Source of the DNA: Terriglobia bacterium
GTDB taxonomy: Bacteria; Acidobacteriota; Terriglobia; Acidiferrales; UBA7541
DNA length: 64,000 nt
Direction: 5' to 3'
NCBI GenBank assembly: GCA_963705015.1
Contig: CAVPIN010000002.1
Span: forward strand, 2,207,697-2,271,696
A model generated the notes under the pieces. It did not search any database. It was not told the origin of the DNA and worked only from the letters and a program-made list of their open reading frames with translations. Positions within the stretch are counted from its first letter, which is position 1. Each line of letters opens with the position of its first letter. The translations under genes were made by a program, and so were the position numbers. Positions 21,598 through 31,502 of this stretch are shown in pieces.

Positions 21598-22748
21598 TCT
21601 CTGGATTGCTCCGGACTGTCGGCTTGAATTTGGGGCCGCGCCGTCGTTGCTTGTTTTGTTACCCTGCCGGACAGAAGGCCGATGATCCCGCGCGGGAGAA
21701 ACAGCGTCACCATCACAAATAACGCACCCAGCGCGTAGTTCCATGCTTCCGGAATCGTGCTGGTGAAATAAGTCTTGGCATAGTTGACCAGAAGCGCGCC
21801 CGCAGCCGCGCCATAGAGCGTGCCCCGTCCTCCCATGGCTACCCATATGACGACTTCTATCGAATTGATCGGGGAAAATTCACTGGGGTTGATAATGCCA
21901 ATCTGCGGAACGTAAAGCGCCCCGGCGATACCCGCGAGAACGGCTGAAAACACAAAAATCCACAGCTTAAATGATTCCACGCGATACCCGAGAAAACGAG
22001 TCCGGCTTTCCGCGTCGCGGATCGCCCGGATAACACGCCCCGCCCGTGAGGAGACGATCATGCGGCACACCAGGTAACTGGCGGCGAGCATAATCGCGGT
22101 AATCACCAACAAGACGACGCGCACCCTGTCGGAGTGCAGATCGAAGCCCAGGATGTCCTTAAAATCAGTGAATCCATTATTGCCGCCAAAGCCCATATCG
22201 TTGCGGAAGAACGCGAGCATGAGGGCGTAGGTGAGGGCCTGAGTGATTATGGAAAGGTATACTCCAGTGACCCGCGACCGAAACGCAAACCATCCGAACG
22301 CAAAGGCCAACAATCCCGGCGCGACCATCATCATCAGGAGCGCGAATGAAAAGTGGTTGAAGCCATGCCAAAACCACGGCAGTGACTTATAGTTCAGGAA
22401 AACCATGAAATCGGGCAACACGGGATTGCCGTACACGCCCCTCGGGCCGATCTCGCGCATCAGATACATGCCCATGGCATAGCCGCCGAGCGAAAAAAAG
22501 GCCGCCTGCCCGAGGCTCAGAATCCCGCAGTACCCCCAGATCAAATCCACAGACAGCGCCAGCAGCGCATAACACAGGTACTTCCCAATCAGCGAGAGGC
22601 CGTAGGCCGATATGTGAAACACCGACGACGCAGGTACGACCTGATTGAGGATGGGCACCAAAACAACGACCAGGCCAAGTGCTCCCAGAAACCATGCGGT
22701 CCCCGAGTCTTTCCTTGCGCTGATCCACAGTGTGTATTGTCGGGGCAT
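21594..22748 (-). CDS. urtC: Urea ABC transporter permease UrtC
   Basis: Start trimmed to MPRQYTLWIS. LivM-type permease core SVDLIWGYCGILSLGQAAFFSLGGY. Adjacent to the urtB stop. Confidence 0.9.
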   Translation of the reverse strand: MPRQYTLWISARKDSGTAWFLGALGLVVVLVPILNQVVPASSVFHISAYGLSLIGKYLCYALLALSVDLIWGYCGILSLGQAAFFSLGGYAMGMYLMREIGPRGVYGNPVLPDFMVFLNYKSLPWFWHGFNHFSFALLMMMVAPGLLAFAFGWFAFRSRVTGVYLSIITQALTYALMLAFFRNDMGFGGNNGFTDFKDILGFDLHSDRVRVVLLVITAIMLAASYLVCRMIVSSRAGRVIRAIRDAESRTRFLGYRVESFKLWIFVFSAVLAGIAGALYVPQIGIINPSEFSPINSIEVVIWVAMGGRGTLYGAAAGALLVNYAKTYFTSTIPEAWNYALGALFVMVTLFLPRGIIGLLSGRVTKQATTARPQIQADSPEQSRE

Positions 22749-22750
22749 GG

Positions 22751-24409
22751 TTACTGGTTTTCCGACGCGCGGCCGGTTGGCGGGAACAAGCCGCGCGGCC
22801 GTCTTTGAATGAAGAGAATCAATGCGATAAGGACGAAAATCTTTGCCAGGACTGCTCCCGCATAGGGTTCCAGGAGTTCGTTGACCACACCCATGGACAT
22901 GCCGCCGACCATGGAGCCCCAGAGATTTCCGACCCCGCCAAAAACGACCACCATGAAAGAATCGATGATGTACGACTGTCCCAAGCTCGGGTTGACATTG
23001 GTCAACTGACTTAGCGCAACACCGGCTACGCCGGCAATTCCCGAGCCGAGCCCAAAGGTCAGAGCGTCGACCCACTCGCTGCGGACGCCCATCGCTTTGG
23101 CCATGGCCCTGTTTTGAGAAACCGCTCTGATTTGCAGGCCGACACGAGTGCGCCTCAGTATCACCATGAGAGCCGCAAAAACAAGCACTGTGAAGATAAC
23201 TATGTAGAGCCGGTTATAGGTGATGGAAAGCGCTTCGTTCAACTGCAGCGTGCCGCTCATCCAGTTGGGAGTGATGACAGACCGATTGAGCGCTGTAAAA
23301 ATCGTGCGTACGAGTTGCTGCAGGATAAGGCTAACGCCAAATGTCGCGAGCAGCGTCTCCAGGGGTCGCCCGTAGAGGAAACGGATTACGGTACGCTCGA
23401 TCAAGATCCCCATCAGCGCCGCGACCAAAAATGCCGCAGGAATCGCCACAAGAATAGATGTCTCAGTGTGGTTGGGCATGGCCACCTGCACAACGTAGGT
23501 CGTATACGCGCCGAGCATCATTAGTTCGCCGTGCGCCATGTTTATGACTCCCATGACGCCAAACGTGATCGCGAGTCCAATGGCAATCAGCACGAGGACC
23601 GACCCAAGACTGAGCCCAAAAAAAAGCGTTTCGGCGCCCGAATAAATCGTGCGCGCCCTGCTGATTGACTTCACTGCAGCCGCGGCGGCCTGCCGCACTC
23701 GTTCATCGCCCTCTACGAAGCTACCGTCGGGAGATTTCTCGAGCAAAGTCCCGAGTTTGTTCAATACATCCTGGCGGAGGCTGTTGTGGAGCGTCGAAAT
23801 CGCGGAGAGACGCAGCTGCGTATCCGTGCCATCCAGCGCAGCGAGTGCCAGACCCACGGCAAGTTCATTTTTGACGCTAGAATCAGTTTCGACAGCGTTC
23901 CGTTCACGCAATAGCTGGACATTGCTTTCGTCCAAATCTCGCTCCATGTCTCGTACTGCGTTCAAGCGGACTGATGCATCGGTGCTCGACAACCCGAAGC
24001 GAGCCAGAGTCGTCTGCAAGACGCGACGCAAATGATTGTTCGTATTGATTTCGGTTAGATTTTCAACTGGGGCGGATCCGGCAGCCTTCAATGACACCGG
24101 ATCGATCAAATCGAGTACTGGCGGATTTCCATCAACCGACTTCGCGATCACAATTTTCTGGTCGTCGTTGCGGAAGAAAAGCCTGTCTTCCATGAATGCC
24201 GTCAGGACCGCACGGGTGCTGGGATGGCCGCCTTGGGTCAGGCGCCCAATAATCGTTTCCTTGTCGGGGAATGAAGCTTCGCGCAACTCGCCGAGCGTCG
24301 ACAGGAAACTGGTGTCGGCGGGCGATTGGGCATGCACAGGCCGCAGGCCACAGAGGACGAGCAGCAGCACGAATAGCCACTGCCCGCCCCGTCTGTGGGG
24401 ATTCTTCAT
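22751..24409 (-). CDS. urtB: Urea ABC transporter permease UrtB, long form with a roughly 270-aa N-terminal periplasmic extension
   Basis: Start trimmed to MKNPHRRGGQWLFVLLLVLCGLRPVHAQ (signal peptide). A helical-repeat-like region (..RLNAVRDMERDLDE..RLSAISTLHNS..) is followed by the LivH-type permease core GLAITFGVMGVINMAHGELMMLGAY. Confidence 0.88.
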   Translation of the reverse strand: MKNPHRRGGQWLFVLLLVLCGLRPVHAQSPADTSFLSTLGELREASFPDKETIIGRLTQGGHPSTRAVLTAFMEDRLFFRNDDQKIVIAKSVDGNPPVLDLIDPVSLKAAGSAPVENLTEINTNNHLRRVLQTTLARFGLSSTDASVRLNAVRDMERDLDESNVQLLRERNAVETDSSVKNELAVGLALAALDGTDTQLRLSAISTLHNSLRQDVLNKLGTLLEKSPDGSFVEGDERVRQAAAAAVKSISRARTIYSGAETLFFGLSLGSVLVLIAIGLAITFGVMGVINMAHGELMMLGAYTTYVVQVAMPNHTETSILVAIPAAFLVAALMGILIERTVIRFLYGRPLETLLATFGVSLILQQLVRTIFTALNRSVITPNWMSGTLQLNEALSITYNRLYIVIFTVLVFAALMVILRRTRVGLQIRAVSQNRAMAKAMGVRSEWVDALTFGLGSGIAGVAGVALSQLTNVNPSLGQSYIIDSFMVVVFGGVGNLWGSMVGGMSMGVVNELLEPYAGAVLAKIFVLIALILFIQRRPRGLFPPTGRASENQ

Positions 24410-25692
24410 TTGTAATTCTGTCCAGAACACATTTTCGTCATGGAATTGTAGTTCCCGCACTTCAGGGTTACCCAATCGGCCATGATGCCCTTGTCGGACG
24501 GAAGATAATGGGACCAGGCTTCACCCGGTACAAGGCCAGCGGACTTCCAAACCACATTGAACTGGCCGTCCGCCTTCACTTCGCCGATGTAAACCGGCTT
24601 TGTAATGTGATGATTTGGCAACACTTTGGCCATTCCACCCGTGAGATTTGGAGTTTCGAGGCCAGGTAGGGCTGCGATCACTTTCTCCGTATCCGTTGTC
24701 CCGGCCTTCTCTACCGCCTTCACCCACAAATTGAAGCCGATGTAGTGGGCTTCCATGGGATCGTTGGTGGTCCGCTTGGGGTTTTTGATGAACGCATGCC
24801 ATCGCGCGATGAACGCCTTGTTCTCCGGCGTGTTGATGCTCTCGAAGTAGTTCCACGCCGCCATTTGGCCTTCGAGTGGTTTGGTGTCCACGCCCGAAAG
24901 TTCTTCCTCGCCAACCGAGAAGGCGACAACCGGGATATCTTCCGCCGAAATCTTCTGGTTGCCAAGCTCCTTATAGAACGGGACATTGGCATCACCATTG
25001 ATCGTTGAGACGACCGCAGTCTTCATGCCGGAAGAGCCGAACTTCTTAATCGCTGCGACCCGTGCCTGCCAGTCGGAGTATCCGAAGGGCGTGTAGTTGA
25101 TGGATATGTCCGCGGGCTTAACACCTTTGGACAGCAAATAAGCCTCGAGAATTTTGTTCGTCGTACGTGGGTAGACGTAGTCCGTTCCTTCAAGTACCCA
25201 ACGCTTCACTCCCACTTCTTTCATCAGGTAGTCTACCGCTGGGATGGCCTGTTGATTCGGTGCAGCACCGGTGTAAATAACGTTCTTGGATGACTCTTCG
25301 CCTTCATATTGCACGGGGTAAAAAAGCAAGCCGTCGTCCTTTTCGAAAACAGGAAGTACGGATTTGCGGGAGACAGAAGTCCAGCATCCGAATACCACCG
25401 CGACCTTATCCTTTTCCAGTAGCTCCTGGGCCTTCTCCGCGAACAGCGGCCAGTCCGAGGCTGGATCGACGACAACGGCCTCCAGCTTCTTGCCGAGCAA
25501 TCCGCCCTTCTTGTTTTGTTCATCGATCATCATCAGGATGGTGTCTTTCAGCGTGGTTTCGCTGATCGCCATCGTGCCCGAAAGGGAATGCAGCACGCCC
25601 ACTTTGATGGTGTCCTGAGCCTTGGCCACTCCGGAGAAGATCATGCACGCTGCAAGCAGCAATCCTGTACTACACATCCACTTCGACTTCAT
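24406..25692 (-). CDS. urtA: Urea ABC transporter substrate-binding protein UrtA
   Basis: AAGGAGG SD before the ATG. Signal peptide MKSKWMCSTGLLLAACMIFSGVAKAQ. DTIKVGVLHSLSGTMAISETTLKD...NKKGGLLGKKLEAVVVDPASDW is diagnostic of UrtA. Confidence 0.92.
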   Translation of the reverse strand: MKSKWMCSTGLLLAACMIFSGVAKAQDTIKVGVLHSLSGTMAISETTLKDTILMMIDEQNKKGGLLGKKLEAVVVDPASDWPLFAEKAQELLEKDKVAVVFGCWTSVSRKSVLPVFEKDDGLLFYPVQYEGEESSKNVIYTGAAPNQQAIPAVDYLMKEVGVKRWVLEGTDYVYPRTTNKILEAYLLSKGVKPADISINYTPFGYSDWQARVAAIKKFGSSGMKTAVVSTINGDANVPFYKELGNQKISAEDIPVVAFSVGEEELSGVDTKPLEGQMAAWNYFESINTPENKAFIARWHAFIKNPKRTTNDPMEAHYIGFNLWVKAVEKAGTTDTEKVIAALPGLETPNLTGGMAKVLPNHHITKPVYIGEVKADGQFNVVWKSAGLVPGEAWSHYLPSDKGIMADWVTLKCGNYNSMTKMCSGQNYK

Positions 25693-25724
25693 AGATCCTC
25701 CTTGTGGGTTTCTAGCCATAAAAG

Positions 25725-26861
25725 TTATTTCGGGCCCATTACCTGCTTGGAGAGCTGTAGCTGCAGGCCGAGGCCCGCATTCCAATAATTTCCGACGCCG
25801 CCGTTGAAGGTCACGTTCTCGCCGTAGGCGAACAAGCGGGCGTCGAACTGCTTCATGATGTAGCCGATTTCCGCATCCGCGGTTTTCTGGCGATTACTCG
25901 CGAATACCGGCGTTGACGTCGACCCGATTGGTATTCCGTGTGTAAACTGTGCTTCTGCGAACTTGCCAAGGAACTCGATCTTGCCCGCGCCGATCGGTTT
26001 CGGAACGAGGAAGCTTACGAGCCCATACCCACCTTGGCTCTTGGTATAGTCCGGATTGTACCCACCGAGCCTGTTGTAGTCGGAATACTCGCTCTCGATG
26101 GTGAATGCCCCGCCGTTCATCACCTTTCTTTCCATCAGAAAGTCGACAGTGGTTGCCGTCTTCCCGTTCTGTTCCTGTGTAGCTCCGGCGATGGCAAGCA
26201 GGTTTTTATCCCCGTAATAGGTGCTGTTCAGGTAGTAGCCGCCCTCAGGATCCCAGAAATCGATCTGCACGCGGCCAGCTGCGAGAAGTTGCGTGCTTCC
26301 GGTCCCCAGGGAACCTCCGTCGAAAGCGCCCACCGAGACTTTTATCTTGGCTATGCCCGCTTTGAAATCGCCCCAATACGCAATGCCGTTGTCGCGGCCC
26401 TGATAGATAGCGGGATAACCGTCCTGAACGCCGTCGTGATACATCGCCCACAGATTGGCGTAGAACGGGCCAGTAAAGTTATCGCGATCGCTGGGGGGTA
26501 GGAAGCGGCCAAACCAGAGGTTGAACTTCGACGATGGATGATACATTCCCACCGCGTCCAGCACCTGCATTACATCGCCGCTGCTGCTATAGTCCGTATT
26601 GACCATCGCACTGATATCTTTTGTAATGTCACCGCTGAAATACAAACGCAGGTGGTTGAGCTCGAATTGATCGAGTTCAGTTCCCCCACTGGGCTGGCTA
26701 TGATCGAAGCTGGATTGTATTCCGCCCCCAACCGTAAGCGTGGGTTCAAAGGTCTGCGCCCAGAGTGGAAATGCGGCGAAAAGCAGGAACCCGGCCAGGC
26801 AAGCGGGCACACTTCGTAAAAACGCATGAGTCCGTACTGCTCGAGTAAAACACTTCAGCAT
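25725..26861 (-). CDS. Putative outer-membrane porin, first gene of the porin-urtABCDE operon
   Basis: Start trimmed to MLKCFTR (GAGG upstream). Signal peptide ..LLFAAFPLWAQ. Alternating beta-strand pattern throughout. Sits 32 bp upstream of urtA. The family assignment (OprO/P- or FmdC-like) could not be verified by eye. Confidence 0.65.
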   Translation of the reverse strand: MLKCFTRAVRTHAFLRSVPACLAGFLLFAAFPLWAQTFEPTLTVGGGIQSSFDHSQPSGGTELDQFELNHLRLYFSGDITKDISAMVNTDYSSSGDVMQVLDAVGMYHPSSKFNLWFGRFLPPSDRDNFTGPFYANLWAMYHDGVQDGYPAIYQGRDNGIAYWGDFKAGIAKIKVSVGAFDGGSLGTGSTQLLAAGRVQIDFWDPEGGYYLNSTYYGDKNLLAIAGATQEQNGKTATTVDFLMERKVMNGGAFTIESEYSDYNRLGGYNPDYTKSQGGYGLVSFLVPKPIGAGKIEFLGKFAEAQFTHGIPIGSTSTPVFASNRQKTADAEIGYIMKQFDARLFAYGENVTFNGGVGNYWNAGLGLQLQLSKQVMGPK

Positions 26862-27343
26862 AAATCCGCCTCTCAGTTTGTACGGCGCGTGAAACACCGT
26901 GTATTTTTAAATGTAAATTTAGAATGCGATGAGCAGCGGGGCCCGGCACGTCTGCGGTGCGATCACAATGTGCCTAGCAGCGAGGCTGACACATTTTTTG
27001 ACAACGTCACTATGGCGATCGGAGACGAGTAAGTCAAATTTGAATTTTAGATTAAAAGAATATTAATAATCGTACGCGGATTCTCACCTGCGAAAAATGA
27101 AGGACCCGAGGCGCATTGGACTTCCAAATAGAATTGTTGCTGCCTGTCCTGCCGAAAAATACGTGCGGTGGAGGCGCTTTAATTTGTAAAGTTGCCGAAA
27201 CGCAGCGCAGATGGTTTTGTGACTACGCTCGCACGGTCTCAGCGCCAGAACTTCCTAGTTTTCGCGGGACTCCGCGGAGGATATCTGATGTGAAAACAGA
27301 TGCGATGCGACAGCCAAATATCCGCTGGTCTTTGATGACCAGT

Positions 27344-28333
27344 TCATACCCAGGGACAGGCGACCAACCTACCTTCTTTGAGTTCCAGAGGGGGCACCGC
27401 ATCTGCGCAGGAAGCCTTCGCGATGGGACAGCGGGTGCGAAACGCGCAGCCGGAAGGTTTGCGGATGGGGTTGGGGACGTCCCCGGAGAGACGAATCCGC
27501 CGATCGCGTGCGCCTTCCGGATCGGGACGAGGGACTGCGGAGAGGAGCGCACGCGAATAGGGATGCATCGGATTCTTGTAGATTTCCTCCCCGGGCCCGA
27601 TTTCCACAATGTTGCCGAGATACATCACGGCAATGCGGTCGGAGATGTGGCGCACTACGGAAAGGTCGTGAGCGATGAAGATGTAGGAAAGGCCAAATTC
27701 GCTCTGAAGGTCCTGCATCAAGTTCACGACTTGTGCCTGGATCGAGACGTCCAGGGCGCTGACCGGTTCGTCCGCCACGACGATCTTGGGATTCGTGGCC
27801 AGCGCCCGCGCAATGCCAATGCGTTGACGTTGGCCACCCGAAAATTCATGAGGGTAGCGATTTGCTTGTTCCCGCGAAAATCCCACCTTTTCCAAAAGCC
27901 AGCGCACGCGATCTTTACGCTCCTTTGAGGAGGAATTCGTGTGGATGCCGAGTGGCTCTTCCACGATCTGGCCGACCATCATGCGCGGATTGAGCGAGGA
28001 ATAAGGATCCTGGAAAATCATCTGAATGTCCGGGCGGTAAGGCCGCATTTTTTCGCGGCTCAGCCGCGCCAGATCTACCGAGCCTCCTGCGTGGTGATAT
28101 ACGATGCTGCCCGAGATTTCCACGCCGTAGACCATCGCGCGCAGAATGTTCACAATCGCTCGTCCTACCGTGGTCTTGCCACATCCGGATTCACCCACCA
28201 GTCCGAGCGTTTCGCCTTGTTCGAGCACGAAACTTACGCCGTCCACTGCCTTTACTTCACCAATTTTCCGCGCGAATACGCCTCCCAGTATGGGAAAGCT
28301 CACGCGCAAATCCTGTACCTCAAGAATCTTCAT
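27344..28333 (-). CDS. Peptide ABC transporter ATP-binding protein (OppF/DppF-type)
   Basis: Start trimmed to [23 protein letters not shown] Walker A, LSGGQRQRIGIARAL signature, C-terminal oligopeptide-transporter extension ..PSGCAFRTRCP. Confidence 0.88.
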   Translation of the reverse strand: MKILEVQDLRVSFPILGGVFARKIGEVKAVDGVSFVLEQGETLGLVGESGCGKTTVGRAIVNILRAMVYGVEISGSIVYHHAGGSVDLARLSREKMRPYRPDIQMIFQDPYSSLNPRMMVGQIVEEPLGIHTNSSSKERKDRVRWLLEKVGFSREQANRYPHEFSGGQRQRIGIARALATNPKIVVADEPVSALDVSIQAQVVNLMQDLQSEFGLSYIFIAHDLSVVRHISDRIAVMYLGNIVEIGPGEEIYKNPMHPYSRALLSAVPRPDPEGARDRRIRLSGDVPNPIRKPSGCAFRTRCPIAKASCADAVPPLELKEGRLVACPWV

Positions 28334-29316
28334 GGATTCACCAGATGGCAGCGAACCCAGTGCCCCGGTGATGACTCGATGAGTTCCGGCTCGATCAAAG
28401 CACATCGTTCCAGACGCTCGGCGCAACGCGTTACAAATTTGCATCCTGCGGGCAGATCGAGAATGCTGGGGACGCTGCCCGGAATCGTCGTGAGCCGCCG
28501 GCGCCTCTCACCTTCCACGGTGGGCAACGATGCCAGAAGACCCCGTGTATATGGATGTTGAGGATTCTTGAACAGCTCTTTCACGGGCGCCACTTCCTGA
28601 ATTTTCCCGCCATACATGACGATCACCCGATGACAGGTCTCCGCCACAACGGCGAGATTGTGCGTAATCAGCAGAATTGCCGCGTCCTTCCGTTGGTCCT
28701 TGATCTGCAGCATGAGTTCCAGAATCTGCGCCTGGATCGTGACGTCCAAAGCGGTCGTCGGTTCGTCCGCGATCAGCATCGACGGATTGCACGCCAGCGC
28801 AATTGCGATCATGACACGCTGCCGCATGCCGCCGGAAAACTGCTGCGGATAGTCGTTCATGCGGGAGGCGGGGTCCGGAATGCCTACGAGTTCCAGTACT
28901 TTGACGGATCGCCGGAACGCTTCCTCTTTCGATACCTTTTCGTGCACCAGAACGGCCTCCGTGACCTGCATGCCGATGGTGAAAACCGGATTCAGGGAGG
29001 TCATGGGTTCTTGAAATATCATGCTGATTTCTTTGCCGCGAACGGCGTGGATTTCGTCCCACGAGATCTTCAGCAAATCGCGGCCCTTGTAAACAATGGA
29101 CCCGTCGACGATCTTTCCGGGTGGGTCGGGAATCAATCGGAGGATGCTCAGCGCCGTAACGCTCTTGCCCGAACCTGATTCACCAACCAACCCAACGACC
29201 TCGCCCGGGAATATGTCGAAGTCCACCCCATCGACGGCTTTCGCGGTCCCTGCTTCCGTCTGGAAATAGGTCCTTAAATTTCGGATCTGCAGGAGTGGGA
29301 CTTTCGTTGCGCTCAA
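28330..29316 (-). CDS. Peptide ABC transporter ATP-binding protein (OppD/DppD-type)
   Basis: [52 protein letters not shown]-terminal ..[10 protein letters not shown]. 4-bp overlaps with both neighbours. Confidence 0.88.
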   Translation of the reverse strand: MSATKVPLLQIRNLRTYFQTEAGTAKAVDGVDFDIFPGEVVGLVGESGSGKSVTALSILRLIPDPPGKIVDGSIVYKGRDLLKISWDEIHAVRGKEISMIFQEPMTSLNPVFTIGMQVTEAVLVHEKVSKEEAFRRSVKVLELVGIPDPASRMNDYPQQFSGGMRQRVMIAIALACNPSMLIADEPTTALDVTIQAQILELMLQIKDQRKDAAILLITHNLAVVAETCHRVIVMYGGKIQEVAPVKELFKNPQHPYTRGLLASLPTVEGERRRRLTTIPGSVPSILDLPAGCKFVTRCAERLERCALIEPELIESSPGHWVRCHLVNP

Positions 29317-30455
29317 CGCAGCCTCGAATATTCTTTAGGATCGAAGGCTTCGCGAACCGCCTCGCCGATGAAAACAATGAGCAGCAGAGTGACAAACATC
29401 GCCGCGAGCGGAAAGAAGACCAGCCACCATTTGGTAAGATTATCCACCCCTTGCTCGATCAGTTCTCCCCAGCTCGGTGTAGGCGCCGGCAGGCCAAACC
29501 CCAGAAAATCCAGGGCCACCAGCGCGCTGATGTTAGCGACAATCATGAATGGCGCGAAGGAGACCACGGGCGTGAGCGAGTTGGGCAAAATATGTTTGAA
29601 GATGATAGACGAGTCGGAAGCGCCCATGGAAATCGCGGCCGCGACATAGTCCTTGGTTTTTTCACGGTAGAACTCGCCTCGCACGTAGTAAGTGATTCCC
29701 ATCCAATCAAAAGCAGTCAAAATGAAAATCAGCAGCCAAAAAGACGGCTGCAAAACGAGATTTCTTCCCGGAAGATAAATTGGTACCACGATCGAGCTCA
29801 CGATGATGATGGTGTAAAGAAATGGGAGCGAAGACCATATTTCGATCAAGCGCTGGCCCAGAATATCCACCTTCCCCGCGAAGTATCCCAACACCGCTCC
29901 GGCCGATACGCCGATGCCCAAACTCATGACCAAGACCAGAAGCGCGAAGGAGAGCGAAACATTGAACCCATACGCCAGCCTCGCGAAAATGTCTCTCCCG
30001 CGGTCATCCGTGCCGAAGATATGCTGCCGCGAAGGCGGATTCGGAGGGCTTCCGGGAAGATCGAGAAGTGATTCCGTGGGGCTGTAGGGATAGGGCGGCA
30101 GAATCACCCAGTTTCCCTTGTTTTCCTGCCGGAATGCCTGGGCCACCGCCCGATAATCCGGCTCGCCGATCCTCTCCTGGCCGAAGGCTGATGCCGGGTA
30201 GTAATGGATCAAGGGAAAATACAATTTACCGTTGTATCGCACGAACAAAGCATCATTGTTAATGAGCACCGGCAGAAAAAACGATATGGCGTAGGCGCAC
30301 AGGAGAATGAGAAAGGAGTAGTATCCCCGCTTGATGCTCCGGAACTTGCGAAGGCGTTTGCGAAAAACAGAGATGGAGGGACGGTCCGCCGTGGTTTGGG
30401 TCTGCGGCGCGGGAGGGATTTCTTCGAGATTCGCAATCGTGTCCCGTTCGCTCAT
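29313..30455 (-). CDS. Peptide ABC transporter permease, YejE-like
   Basis: Start trimmed to MSERDTIANLEE. The long N-terminal region ..FRKRLRKFRSIKRGYYSFLILL..NGKLYFP..HIFGTDDRGRDIFARL resembles the YejE (microcin C importer) permease layout. Confidence 0.85.
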   Translation of the reverse strand: MSERDTIANLEEIPPAPQTQTTADRPSISVFRKRLRKFRSIKRGYYSFLILLCAYAISFFLPVLINNDALFVRYNGKLYFPLIHYYPASAFGQERIGEPDYRAVAQAFRQENKGNWVILPPYPYSPTESLLDLPGSPPNPPSRQHIFGTDDRGRDIFARLAYGFNVSLSFALLVLVMSLGIGVSAGAVLGYFAGKVDILGQRLIEIWSSLPFLYTIIIVSSIVVPIYLPGRNLVLQPSFWLLIFILTAFDWMGITYYVRGEFYREKTKDYVAAAISMGASDSSIIFKHILPNSLTPVVSFAPFMIVANISALVALDFLGFGLPAPTPSWGELIEQGVDNLTKWWLVFFPLAAMFVTLLLIVFIGEAVREAFDPKEYSRLR

Positions 30456-31477
30456 TTGAATCGAATCCTGGGATCCACAACGACGTAGATCATGTCGGAA
30501 AGGATGTTGCCAACCAGCAGCAGCACGCTGTCGACCACCAGAATCCCTAATGCCACCGGATAGTCCCGCTGCAATATGGAGGTGTATCCCAAATAGCCCA
30601 TGCCGTCGATGTTGAATACCTTCTCGATCAGGAACGACCCCGCCAGGAAGATGCTGATTACATTTCCCAGTCCGGTGACGATCGGTATGAGCGAATTCCT
30701 CAACGCATGGACAAAGATGACGCGCTTTTCGCTCAAGCCCTTGGCGTACGCCGTGCGCACATAATCCTGCCCTAAATTTTCCATGAGTGAGTTCTTCATC
30801 AGTATGGTGAGCGTGGCGAATGATTCGAGCGTGTAGCACAGCACGGGAAGAAACATGTAGTGGATCTGCGAGGTGACTTTTTCAAAAAAGCTCAGATATT
30901 CCCAATTGCCCGGGCGGAAACCTCCCAGTGGAAATAAATTCCAGAAACTCCCGCCGCCAAGGAGTACCAGGAGCGCCGTCCCAAGCGCCCAACCGGGGAC
31001 CGAGTAACCGAGAAATACGAGCAGGCTGCTGAAAAGATCGAAGCGAGATCCGTGTCGAATCGCCTTGAAAACGCCCAGCGGGATACACACCAGATAGCTC
31101 AATAAAAATCCCGTTAACCCCAGAAAAACCGAAATGGGAAACCGGGACTTGATGACGTCCCATACGGGATCCTGATAGACGTACGAGCGTCCCAGATCGA
31201 GATGAAAAACGTTCCAGAGCCATATCGCGTATCGAGTGTACACAGGCTTGTCGAAGCCGTAGTAGCGCTTCATTTCGTCGAGTGCATCTTGCGGAATATC
31301 GACGGCCGCCACACCGCCGCTTACGCCTCCTTCAGACGCCACAGCCATCCTGTACCGCATAATTTGGCGTTCTACCGGGCCGCCAGGCACGAAATTGATC
31401 ACAAGAAACACAGCCATGGTGATGCCGAGGAAGGTCGGTATGATTAGCAGGAATCGGCGGACAAAGTATCCTGTCAT
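30452..31477 (-). CDS. Peptide ABC transporter permease, YejB-like
   Basis: Start trimmed to MTGYFVRRFLLIIPTFLGITMAVFLVINFVPGGP. Contains the BPD_transp_1 motif region ..YVRTAYAKGLSEKRVIFVHALRN. Confidence 0.85.
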   Translation of the reverse strand: MTGYFVRRFLLIIPTFLGITMAVFLVINFVPGGPVERQIMRYRMAVASEGGVSGGVAAVDIPQDALDEMKRYYGFDKPVYTRYAIWLWNVFHLDLGRSYVYQDPVWDVIKSRFPISVFLGLTGFLLSYLVCIPLGVFKAIRHGSRFDLFSSLLVFLGYSVPGWALGTALLVLLGGGSFWNLFPLGGFRPGNWEYLSFFEKVTSQIHYMFLPVLCYTLESFATLTILMKNSLMENLGQDYVRTAYAKGLSEKRVIFVHALRNSLIPIVTGLGNVISIFLAGSFLIEKVFNIDGMGYLGYTSILQRDYPVALGILVVDSVLLLVGNILSDMIYVVVDPRIRFK

Positions 31478-31502
31478 GGAGCTTGGATGGAACTCCGAGT
31501 GT

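Noticed and set aside
26862-27115. Sigma54-type promoter upstream of the porin-urt operon in the AT-rich spacer
   Set aside because: The closest match on the minus strand (plus-strand tgcgatcacaatgtgcct) is misaligned relative to the TGGCAC-N5-TTGC spacing. Only the AT-richness is real.
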